Assembly (NCBI GenBank): GCA_025459175.1
Contig: JALORC010000080.1
Location: 443 to 64,442, forward strand
DNA length: 64,000 bases
DNA from: Planctomycetota bacterium
GTDB taxonomy: Bacteria; Planctomycetota; UBA1135; UBA2386
Direction of reading: 5' to 3'
The notes under the pieces: model-generated
The model's database searches: none
Seen by the model: the letters and a program-made list of their open reading frames with translations, nothing else
Told to the model about the DNA's origin: nothing
Part shown: piece after piece, positions 7,548-16,200 of the stretch
Layout of the letters: every line of letters begins with the position of its first letter
Position numbering within the stretch: position 1 is the stretch's first letter
Position numbers and translations under genes: made by a program

Positions 7548-7663
7548 GGGATTGCCTCCGGGAAGGCGCGCCACAGCGCGCATCCCCAGCCGCGCGTTGG
7601 TGGCGGCGCCGGAGCATTCTGCCGACTTGGTCCCCGAGGCGGTGGCGGCCGATAACACCGCGC

Positions 7664-9586
7664 ATGCAGTCACTTCCTCGCTCGCGGTCGTTCGGCCTCG
7701 CGGTCTTGCTGGCATCCGCCCCATTGGTCGCGCAGGCGCCCGAGTTGTCACCGGTGACCGAGGCCGTGGCCGGGGTCGTGAACACCCTGCAACTGAAAGG
7801 GGCCGGTCTGGTCGCGGTGCGAGCCGGGGGCGAACTGCATCGCAGCAGCCACGGCAACTTCGACGCCGCGACGCCGCTGCCGATCGCCTCGGCGAGCAAA
7901 TGGCTCGCGGTGGCGGCGATCATGACCTTGGTCGATGCCGAACAGCTCGATCTGGATCAGCCGGTGGCTCGCTACCTGCCGGAGTTCGACCGCGACGACA
8001 AGCGCCGGTTGACCTTGCGGCAGTGCCTGGCGTGCACCGGTGGCGTGCCGGCCCGGTTGCCCGAATCGGTGCGCGGCATGGACATGAAGGCGTTCGTCGC
8101 GGAGGCGGCCGACACCGCGTTGCGCGAACAATCCGGAACGACCTTCCGGTACGGTGGGGTCGGCTTCCAGATCGTCGCCGCGGCCGCGGAGCGCGTGTCC
8201 GGCAAGTCGTGGCACGAGTTGTTCGCGACCGCGATCGCAGCGCCGCTCGGACTCCGCGACACGAGGTTCGGCACCCTGCAGCCGATCGGTGGCGAGGCCG
8301 GCAGTGCGGCGCTGCCGTGGGTCGCGGGGGGTGCTTTGTCCACGCTCGACGACTACGCGCGCTTCCTGCGCATGCTGGTCGGTCGCGGCGAACTCGACGG
8401 CGTGCGGGTGCTGCGCGCGAGCTCGGTCGAGTCGATGTTCCGCGATCAGGTGCCCGCGATGGTCGAGGTGCACGCGGTCGGCTTCGACGCCGACGATGTT
8501 CGCTACGGTCTCGGCACCTGGCTCCAGCGTCTGCCCGATGGCGCGATACGGGTCAGTGATCCAGGCGCGTTCGGCTTCACGCCCTGGATCGACCTGGACC
8601 TCGGCATCGGCGGGGTGTTCGGCGTCGTCGATCGGGCGGCGCGGGTGCTCGATCAGCTGAAGCGTGTGCAGCAGGTGCTGCGCACGACGGTGGCGTCACC
8701 GATGGTCGCCGGCACCGAACGCGAGGTGAAGCTGTCGCACGACGGCCGCGATCGTCGCTACCTGGTCCACGTGCCGCCGCACGACGGCAAGTCCGCGCTG
8801 CCCTTGCTGCTGGTGTTGCACGGTGGTGGCGGCAATGCGGATCAGGTGCGCGAGACCACGGGGCTGGCGACGGCTGGTGTGCGCGCGGGGTTCGTCGTGG
8901 TGTTCGCCGACGGCACCGGTCCGCTGCGGGGCAAGCTGCTGACGTGGAACTCCGGTGGCATCCCGGTCTGGGCCGTGGAGCACGGCGTCGACGACGTCGG
9001 GTTCCTGCGCGCCGTGGTCGCCTCGGTGCAGGGGCAGGTGGCGATCGACCCGCAGCGGGTGTTCGCGTGCGGTCACAGCAACGGCGGCATGATGTGCCAT
9101 CGCCTGGCGCGCGATGCCGGGGACCTGTTCGCCGGCATCGCCGTGGTGTCCGGAGCCATGAACCATCGCAGCAGCGACGCCCAGCAGCCGATCGCGGTGC
9201 TGCTGCTGCACGGCACCGCCGACCAGCACGTGCGCTACGAGGGCGGCGCGCCGACGAAGGCGATCGGCCGCGCCGGGGAGCGCGTCGATGCCTCGGTGCA
9301 GGACGCGATCGACTACTACCTCGATCGCAACGGGCTGCGCACCGAGAAGGTCACCGAGCGGTCGGGCAAGATCCGCATCGACGACTATCGCGAGGCGCGT
9401 GGTGGTGTCGCGTCGGCACCGGTGCGCGTGATCACCATCGAGGGTGCGGGCCACTCGTGGCCGGGCGGCAAGACACCGGTGCGTGCCGTCGCGGACACGC
9501 CGTTCCCGTTCGATGCGTCGGCGGCGATCGTGAAGTTCTTCGCCGAGTTCGCGCCGGTGCGGCCACCGGCCGCCACCCCGCGCTGA
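7664..9586 (+). CDS. Secreted fusion: beta-lactamase/PBP-like serine hydrolase + LpqC/PHB-depolymerase-like esterase
   Basis: The 957-aa ORF is trimmed to ATG 7664 (MQSLPRSRSFGLAVLLASAPLVAQA signal peptide). The N-terminal half contains ASASKW (SxxK). The C-terminal half contains ...RRYLVHVPPHDGKSALPLLLVLHGGGGNADQ..., GHSNGGMM (GxSxG) and LLLHGTADQHV. Confidence 0.85.
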   Translation: MQSLPRSRSFGLAVLLASAPLVAQAPELSPVTEAVAGVVNTLQLKGAGLVAVRAGGELHRSSHGNFDAATPLPIASASKWLAVAAIMTLVDAEQLDLDQPVARYLPEFDRDDKRRLTLRQCLACTGGVPARLPESVRGMDMKAFVAEAADTALREQSGTTFRYGGVGFQIVAAAAERVSGKSWHELFATAIAAPLGLRDTRFGTLQPIGGEAGSAALPWVAGGALSTLDDYARFLRMLVGRGELDGVRVLRASSVESMFRDQVPAMVEVHAVGFDADDVRYGLGTWLQRLPDGAIRVSDPGAFGFTPWIDLDLGIGGVFGVVDRAARVLDQLKRVQQVLRTTVASPMVAGTEREVKLSHDGRDRRYLVHVPPHDGKSALPLLLVLHGGGGNADQVRETTGLATAGVRAGFVVVFADGTGPLRGKLLTWNSGGIPVWAVEHGVDDVGFLRAVVASVQGQVAIDPQRVFACGHSNGGMMCHRLARDAGDLFAGIAVVSGAMNHRSSDAQQPIAVLLLHGTADQHVRYEGGAPTKAIGRAGERVDASVQDAIDYYLDRNGLRTEKVTERSGKIRIDDYREARGGVASAPVRVITIEGAGHSWPGGKTPVRAVADTPFPFDASAAIVKFFAEFAPVRPPAATPR

Positions 9587-9600
9587 CGGCGATCCGCGGC

Positions 9601-11766
9601 TCAGCGCGGCAGCACGGCCCACCACTCGGAGTCGAGCCAGTTGCTCGGTCCGTTGGGGATCTGGTCGTTGAGGATCGCATTGCAGCGAGCGACCAGCTGC
9701 GGATCGATGCCGGTCCAGATCTCCCGACCGATCAGCACCGAAGGCATGATCCACACCCAGAAGCTGATGCCGACGTGCACGTCGGGGCTGCCAGTGTAGT
9801 AGGCGCTGGCCGGCAGGGCTTCACCCTCGCGGAACCGCTCCTGGTAGCGGACCGCGGTCGCCGCGACCCAGCGGTTGTTCTCGAAGAAGATGCAGTAGTT
9901 GACGATCAGCCGCGAGATCTCGCGCGCCATGTCGAGGAAGCCCTGTTCGCCGGTGACTCGCCACGCGGCGAAGAAGCCCATCACCGCGATGCTGTGCTCC
10001 CAGACGATGATCGCCGGCACGCGCTCGCCGCTCTGCTCGAGGAAGGTGCCGTCGCTGCCGATGTCCAGCGCTCGGATCGGCTTGGTCGGATCGTTGACGA
10101 ACCGCGCACCGCGCCAGCGAGTCTGGATCGTCGCCAGGCGCTGCATCATCGTCGCCCGCAGCGCTGCCCGCTCGGCCGGGGCGTCCAGCAGCAGATACAT
10201 GTTGGACCAGGCCATCAGCAGCCGCCCTTCGGCGCGTGGCGTGTCCATCCAGTTGGGGACCAGCGACTTGTCGACCTCGGCGAGGTCGCGCAGCTGGTGC
10301 CGCAGCGCCCAGCTGCCGGTCAGGGCGAGCAGCGCGTTGAAGTTGTTCTGCGAGCGGTGCTGATCGTCCCACACGGTCCAGCCGGTGGTCGGCCACTGGT
10401 AGGGCAGCGGGCAGAAGAAGCCGAGGGTGTCGAGCGTGGTGCGGCAGTTCGGCAGCTGGTTGAAGCACTGCAGGCCCGGATGGTTGGCCTTGCGCATCGG
10501 CCGACCATCGCTCTCGCGGTAGTGGAAGCCGCGCATCATCGTCTCGGCCACCGAGTAGCCGGCATCGTAGATCCAGCGCGGGTCGCCGATCGTGACCGCT
10601 TGCGAACCCTTGGCGGCGCCGAAGTCCTCCTGGGCGCCGGTGCTCGCCGCGTTCTTGAACAGGCCGCGCGGCCGCTGCGAGAACAGGTCGGCAGGTTGCG
10701 TCAACATGCTGAGGAAGCTGCCCCAGCTCGAGTTGCTGTTCTGCACGCCGTTGTCGGCGCGGAACGGGATCGGCAGCTCCGGGACCATGCCGAACGCCAG
10801 CCACTTGTCCTCCCAGTGCCGCCACACGCCGACGCACGGGAAGAAGAACTCCGCGACCAGCTCGTCGACGCGGTCCTGCACCGACCACTGCTGGCCCAGG
10901 CCGTTGGTGACGTAGCTGGTCGGCACGATCGCGTTGCCCGGCTCGGCGAGGCACAGCATCGAGCCCTGCAGGTGCAGCCCCTCGCCGCGACCGAGCGTGC
11001 GCGGGCCGGTGACGGTCTGGATCCACTTGCCCTGGCTCGGGTGCCCTGGCGCCTGCGTCTGCACGAACGGCTGCGGCAGGCCGAGGCGGTTGCGGTAGTC
11101 GAGCTGCAGGTACTCACCGGTCTCGATCCACAGCCCGGCGAAGCTGTAGCTCATGCCGCTCATGGTCGGATCGCTGCAGGCGAACGAAGCCTCGAGCTGG
11201 ACCACGTCCTGGCCGACGTAGAGATACGCGTAGGCGTCGTAGGTGATCGGCGACGTGCCGAGGCGTCCCCACACATGGAACACGCGGCGCGCCGGCGAGG
11301 CGTCCTCGACCAGCTCGAGCTGCGGATTGGTGAGCCGGTGTTCGACCCCGGCGTTGTCGATCAACGTCGGGATCGGCACCAGGCCGGCCGTGTTGTCGCC
11401 GACCCAGTCGCTCATGCTCCACGGCTGGAAGGTCGCTGGCGCATTCGCCGTCGGCTGCAAGCTGCCGGTGACCTGTTGCAGTGGTGCGAAGTCGGCGAGG
11501 ATGTGGAACAGCACCGAGTGCTCGCCGATCGCGCTGCCCTTGTAGGCGAGCCAGCCGGCCGGTGCGAACCGGCATTGTGCTGGCAGCAGCGCGGCATCGA
11601 CGGCCGGCAGGGTGACGTCGACCCACTGCTTGCGCGGGGTGTTGGCCAGGTTCTGCAGCACGATGTCTTGCGCCGGGAGAGCGGGCGCGAGCAGGGCCGG
11701 CGAGAAGCTGAGCCCACCGCTGGTCACGATGGCCAGCAAGTGCGCATACGAGGATCTCGAAGTCAT
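9601..11766 (-). CDS. Hypothetical secreted protein (721 aa), no family recognised
   Basis: The 743-aa ORF is trimmed to ATG 11766 (MTSRSSYAHLLAIVTSGGLSFSPALLAPALPAQ, signal-like). Trp/Tyr/Asn/Phe-rich globular composition. The opposite 956-aa ORF is Arg-rich shadow. Confidence 0.75.
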   Translation of the reverse strand: MTSRSSYAHLLAIVTSGGLSFSPALLAPALPAQDIVLQNLANTPRKQWVDVTLPAVDAALLPAQCRFAPAGWLAYKGSAIGEHSVLFHILADFAPLQQVTGSLQPTANAPATFQPWSMSDWVGDNTAGLVPIPTLIDNAGVEHRLTNPQLELVEDASPARRVFHVWGRLGTSPITYDAYAYLYVGQDVVQLEASFACSDPTMSGMSYSFAGLWIETGEYLQLDYRNRLGLPQPFVQTQAPGHPSQGKWIQTVTGPRTLGRGEGLHLQGSMLCLAEPGNAIVPTSYVTNGLGQQWSVQDRVDELVAEFFFPCVGVWRHWEDKWLAFGMVPELPIPFRADNGVQNSNSSWGSFLSMLTQPADLFSQRPRGLFKNAASTGAQEDFGAAKGSQAVTIGDPRWIYDAGYSVAETMMRGFHYRESDGRPMRKANHPGLQCFNQLPNCRTTLDTLGFFCPLPYQWPTTGWTVWDDQHRSQNNFNALLALTGSWALRHQLRDLAEVDKSLVPNWMDTPRAEGRLLMAWSNMYLLLDAPAERAALRATMMQRLATIQTRWRGARFVNDPTKPIRALDIGSDGTFLEQSGERVPAIIVWEHSIAVMGFFAAWRVTGEQGFLDMAREISRLIVNYCIFFENNRWVAATAVRYQERFREGEALPASAYYTGSPDVHVGISFWVWIMPSVLIGREIWTGIDPQLVARCNAILNDQIPNGPSNWLDSEWWAVLPR

Positions 11767-12052
11767 GAGGTTCAACTGGTTGGTTGTTGGCGATGCGTCG
11801 GCGCCCGAGGGTGAGGCTTGGTCAATGGGCACCGTTCAGCGACGCGCCACACTGCACGCTCCACTGGCAAGGGGCCCATGCCAACCGACGCGCCGCCTCT
11901 ACGCAACGCGGCGACTCGACCGGTCGCAAGATTCTGCGAACGGCGATGCGTCGGCGCGAAATCAGCGCGCGTGCACGGGCCGGCGCAATGAAGTGCGTCC
12001 GTCCGTGGACAATGATCCACGAACTCCCGATGGCAACGGCGCTACCGCCCCA

Positions 12053-13717
12053 TTACCAGAACAGTCGCCAGCGCCAGGTGCGTTCCGCGTAGCCAGTGGC
12101 ACTGCGCACGGTGCCGAGTCCATGGCTGCGCAGCAATTCGCGTCGCGCACCGCGCGCCTCGTCGCTGTCCTCGCCCGGCTCGCTCATCGGCAGCGGCGAC
12201 ATGCTCCCGATCATCAACCACCACAGCTCCATCGGCAGTGCCACGAACGCGTCGAGTTCGGCGCGGCCGAGGCCGTGCACACCCGCCGGCAGGAAGCGCT
12301 GCAGCGGCGCGAACTCGTTCGCCTCGGCGTTGCTCGCCGCGGTCGTTGCGGTCGCCGAAGGGCCCTGCTTGCACTGCAGCAACGCCTTGGTCAGCAGCGC
12401 CTCGGCATCGTCGCCGCCGGCGATCACGCAGTGGCCGTGGCCGACCGCGAGCCACAGGTCGTAGCCGAACATGTTGCCGTAGCGATGCAGGGCGACGCCG
12501 TCCACGGTTTCGGTCGCCTCGCGCGACAGCAGCGGCTTGCTGCTGGCGATCAGTGTGTCGAGCCCGCGAGCGAACGCCTTCTCGTCGCCGAGCTGCCACA
12601 CCAGCGTCCAGGACACGTCGTCGGGATCCTCGAGGTCGGTGATCGGTTCGATCGCCAGCGCCACCGCGGTCGTCATGTGCGCGAGCAGATCAGCGTCCGG
12701 ATCGATGCCGGTCTCGCGCTTCATCTCGGCCTGCAGATCGGCCGTGGTGTCGCCCATCCACGATGCGACCACCGGCAACAGCGACGTGTACAGCGCGCGC
12801 AGGTCGAAGTGCCCGACCCGCCAACTGCCGCGCGGCCCGGTCAACCGACGCAGTTCCGGCACCGCCGTGGCCGCGGGACAGAGCGCCGCGAACATGCCGC
12901 GTGCGTCGCTGGTGAAGGCCTGCGCCAGTTCGGCCAGCACGTGCGGTCCGGCGGTGGCGATCGACATCTGCATCACCCCCAGGCTGTCGAAGCCGAGCGC
13001 GCGCAGTTCCTGCCAGTCGTTCCCGTCCTCGCCGGCCGCGGCCATCCGGAGGATGGTCGGCAGGTCGATCGACAACCGCAGCGCCGGAGTGTTCGGTGCC
13101 GGCACCTTGGCCGGACCGGCCAGCGCGCGCGCCGCGGTCAGCGTCGCGGCGAGCCGTTCGGCGCTGCCGGCACACACCAGCAAGCTGCTGCCGCTGGCGA
13201 ACGGCGCCGTCACCACGCTGTCGCCCTGGCTCAGCAGCGCGACCTTGGTGCCGTCGAGGTCGCGTTCGCCCCATTCACCGGGCAGCGCTTGTCGCTGTAC
13301 CGCGGTGAGGTCGGCGGCCAACGCCGCGAGGTCGGTGCGACCGTCGCCGTCGAGCACCAGCGCCATCGACAACACACCTTGGCGGTCGAGCGGGCCGGCG
13401 CTGCCGTCGAACCAGACCGCCAGTTGCACCCGGCCCTGGTAACCGAGCAGGCGGGCGCGAGCGGCCTCGTACTCGGCTTCGTCGCCGAACAACTGCTGCC
13501 AGTAGCCGAGCAGCGGCAGCACCTGCGGCTGCCACAGGCCCTGGCCCTGTTCGCTGGCGAGCAGGCTGCCGAGGTTGGTCGGCCCCAGTCGCGAGCGCCA
13601 GCCGTCGGGGCCGACGGTGTCGAGCAGCAGGTGCGGCGCCGCGGGCGGCGTCGCGGTCTGCGCCGGCAGGGCCAGCGCGGACGCGATCAGGGTGATGGCG
13701 AGCGAGAACGTTCTCAT
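12053..13717 (-). CDS. Hypothetical secreted protein (554 aa)
   Basis: ATG 13717 overlaps the stop of the upstream MFS gene (ATGA at 13714-13717). MRTFSLAITLIASALALPAQ is a signal peptide. Balanced composition. No family recognised. Confidence 0.75.
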   Translation of the reverse strand: MRTFSLAITLIASALALPAQTATPPAAPHLLLDTVGPDGWRSRLGPTNLGSLLASEQGQGLWQPQVLPLLGYWQQLFGDEAEYEAARARLLGYQGRVQLAVWFDGSAGPLDRQGVLSMALVLDGDGRTDLAALAADLTAVQRQALPGEWGERDLDGTKVALLSQGDSVVTAPFASGSSLLVCAGSAERLAATLTAARALAGPAKVPAPNTPALRLSIDLPTILRMAAAGEDGNDWQELRALGFDSLGVMQMSIATAGPHVLAELAQAFTSDARGMFAALCPAATAVPELRRLTGPRGSWRVGHFDLRALYTSLLPVVASWMGDTTADLQAEMKRETGIDPDADLLAHMTTAVALAIEPITDLEDPDDVSWTLVWQLGDEKAFARGLDTLIASSKPLLSREATETVDGVALHRYGNMFGYDLWLAVGHGHCVIAGGDDAEALLTKALLQCKQGPSATATTAASNAEANEFAPLQRFLPAGVHGLGRAELDAFVALPMELWWLMIGSMSPLPMSEPGEDSDEARGARRELLRSHGLGTVRSATGYAERTWRWRLFW

Positions 13718-14940
13718 GGCTTCTTGGTCGATGGTGTCGGCGGCAGTCCGCGCAGGGTCCAGTGCGCGACCAGCAGGCTGAGCACTGCCAACACGGCGCT
13801 GACGAAGTAGACGGCGCCGGCCGGCACACCGGCGTTCTGCGGGTCGATCGACCACGCGAACACGAACGCACCGAGCAACGGGCCGAGGATGTTGGCGAGG
13901 CTCTGCGCGCTGGTCAGGCCACCCTGCACGGCGCCCTGCTGGTCCGGCCGCACGCTGCGCGTGATCAGTGACTGGCAGGCCGGCATCGCGATGCCGCCGA
14001 GCGACGCGAACGCGACGGTGGCGTAGATCATCCAACCGGCGGTCGCGGTCGCGTAGCCGAGGTAGGCGAGCACGCCGATGCCGAGCCCGATCAGCACCGA
14101 GCGCCGTTCGCCGAGCTTCGGGATGATGCGCCGCGCGAGACCGCCTTGCACCAAGGCGGCGCCGAGGCCGACCGCGAACAGCGACAGGCCGACATCGCGC
14201 GGACCCCAGCCGTAGCGATGGCCGGTGTAGAGCACCCAGGTCGAGTGCAGCGCGAACTGCGCGACGTTGACCAGGAACAGCGCCCCGGCGAGTCGGCGCG
14301 CCAGCGGGTACTGGCCGAGCACCCCGAGCGCGGCCAGCGGGTTGCCGATCGCGCGCGCGCTGCGGCGTTCCGGCGGCAGCGACTCCGGCAGCACGAACAC
14401 GCCGTAGAGGCCGTTGCACAGCGCCATCGCGCCGGCGGCGTAGAACGGGTAGTGGATGTCGATGTCGCCGAGGATGCCGCCGAGCAACGGGCCGAGCACG
14501 AAGCCGATGCCGAACGCGGCGCCGACGATGCCGAAGCCGGCGGCGCGCTTCTCGGGCGTCGTCACGTCGGCGATGTAGGCGCTGGCGGCGGTGATGCTGG
14601 CGCCGGAGACGCCGTTCAGCGCTCGCGTCACGAACAGCCACGGCACCGTCGGCACCAGCGCCATCGCGATGTAGTCGAGGCCCGAGCCGAACATCGACAG
14701 CAGCAGCACCGGTCGGCGGCCGAAGCGGTCCGACAGCGCGCCCAGCACCGGCGCGAACAGGAACTGCATCGCCGCGTAGCAGGCGGTCAGCCAGCCGACG
14801 ATCGGCGCCGCGCTCTGTTCGGTGCCGCCCTGCAGCTGCATGACCAGCTTCGGCGCCACCGGGATGATCAGGCCGAAGCCGAGCACGTCCAGCAGGAGGA
14901 CGAAGAAGACGAAGCGCAGGGCGGGTTGCTTTTGGGTCAC
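13714..14940 (-). CDS. MFS transporter, TetA/TCR-like drug:H+ antiporter
   Basis: GTG 14940 (VTQKQPALRFVFFVLLLDVLGFG...). 408 aa with a 12-TM pattern. MFS motif ...LGALSDRFGRRPVLL... Overall resemblance to tetracycline-efflux-type MFS. Confidence 0.85.
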   Translation of the reverse strand: MTQKQPALRFVFFVLLLDVLGFGLIIPVAPKLVMQLQGGTEQSAAPIVGWLTACYAAMQFLFAPVLGALSDRFGRRPVLLLSMFGSGLDYIAMALVPTVPWLFVTRALNGVSGASITAASAYIADVTTPEKRAAGFGIVGAAFGIGFVLGPLLGGILGDIDIHYPFYAAGAMALCNGLYGVFVLPESLPPERRSARAIGNPLAALGVLGQYPLARRLAGALFLVNVAQFALHSTWVLYTGHRYGWGPRDVGLSLFAVGLGAALVQGGLARRIIPKLGERRSVLIGLGIGVLAYLGYATATAGWMIYATVAFASLGGIAMPACQSLITRSVRPDQQGAVQGGLTSAQSLANILGPLLGAFVFAWSIDPQNAGVPAGAVYFVSAVLAVLSLLVAHWTLRGLPPTPSTKKP

Positions 14941-15022
14941 GTTGGCGGTGCGGCGGGGGATTCGGATCGTGCCCGTTCGCCGCCTCGCGCGCCAACGATG
15001 CGCGGCTACAACACCGATCGCG

Positions 15023-16153
15023 ATGGCAGAACCGTTCAAGAACCTGATCGATCGCCGGCTGCTGGCGACCGCCGGCGCGCAGCTGCAGCGGGCGTGGGCG
15101 AAGTTCCCGTGTGCCGAGTTCGTGCGGCTGGCGAGCGATGGCCTCGACCGGCTGGAGCTGAAGGCGCGCGTGCTGCAGGTCGCGGCGGCGCTCGAGGCGA
15201 CGCTGCCGGCCGACTTCGATCGCGCCGCCGCCGTGCTCGAGCGTTCGTTGGCGAAGGCCACCGACAGCGCCGAGCTGAAGGGGCTGGTCGCCGGCGAGCA
15301 CGGGCTCGCCGGATGGATCATCTGGCCGCTCGGTGAGTTCGTCGCACGGCGCGGGCTGCCGCATCCCGAGCGGGCGCTCACCTGCCTGCGCGAGCTGACG
15401 CAGCGGTTGACGGCGGAGTTCGCGATCCGGCCGTTCTTGATCGAGCACGAAGAACTGACGCTGCGCACCTTGCGGCAGTGGTGCAGCGACCCGAGTCCGC
15501 ACGTGCGGCGGCTGTGCAGCGAGGGTTCGCGGCCGCGGCTGCCGTGGGGGCTGCGGCTGCAGCGGTTCTGCCAGGACCCTTCGCCGACCCTGCCGATCCT
15601 CGCGGCGCTGCAGGACGATCCGAGCGACTACGTGCGCCGCAGCGTCGCCAACCATCTGAACGACATCGCCAAGGATCATCCGCAGGTGATCGCGGGGTGG
15701 CTGCGCGAACACCTGCCCGCTGCCGGTCCGCAGCGGCGCGCCTTGCTGAAGCACGCGTGCCGCACGTTGATCAAGCAGGGCGATCGCGCGGTGCTGGCGG
15801 CGTGGGGGCTCGATCGGCCGCTGCGTGGTGCGGCCGAGTTGGCGATCGCGCCGCAGCGGGTGCAGGTCGGCGGCGCGGTCGAGCTCGCGGTGACGCTGCG
15901 GTCGGCGGCGAAGCAGGCGCAGAAGCTGGTCGTCGACTACGTCGTGCACCGCGTGCGCAAGGACGGCAGCACGGCGCCGAAGGTGTGGAAGGGATGGACG
16001 CTGGAACTCGGCGCCGGCGAGACGCGCGAACTGGTGCGGCGGCACTCGCTGCAGAAGGTCACCACGCGCACCGACCATCCGGGCCGGCACGCGGTCGAGC
16101 TGCTGGTGAACGGTGCAGTGGTCGCGCGCGGTGCGTTCGAGTTGCGAGGCTGA
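15023..16153 (+). CDS. DNA alkylation repair protein (AlkD/AlkC-like HEAT-repeat glycosylase family)
   Basis: Starts MAEPFKNLID... Signature segments ...SDPSPHVRRLCSEGSRPRLPWG... and ...DPSDYVRRSVANHLNDIAKDHP... There is an extra beta-rich C-terminal domain of about 110 aa. Confidence 0.85.
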   Translation: MAEPFKNLIDRRLLATAGAQLQRAWAKFPCAEFVRLASDGLDRLELKARVLQVAAALEATLPADFDRAAAVLERSLAKATDSAELKGLVAGEHGLAGWIIWPLGEFVARRGLPHPERALTCLRELTQRLTAEFAIRPFLIEHEELTLRTLRQWCSDPSPHVRRLCSEGSRPRLPWGLRLQRFCQDPSPTLPILAALQDDPSDYVRRSVANHLNDIAKDHPQVIAGWLREHLPAAGPQRRALLKHACRTLIKQGDRAVLAAWGLDRPLRGAAELAIAPQRVQVGGAVELAVTLRSAAKQAQKLVVDYVVHRVRKDGSTAPKVWKGWTLELGAGETRELVRRHSLQKVTTRTDHPGRHAVELLVNGAVVARGAFELRG

Positions 16154-16200
16154 GGCAAGGTATTCGCCCGTCATGCACCAGCACTCGAACGCCCCGCTGT

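Noticed and set aside
6713-7663. The N-terminal 317 codons of the 957-aa ORF 6713..9586.
   Set aside because: The segment is Arg/Gly/Pro-rich with no motifs. It overlaps the reverse-strand SelW-like, DUF423 and small-peptide genes. The hydrolase has a proper signal peptide starting at ATG 7664.
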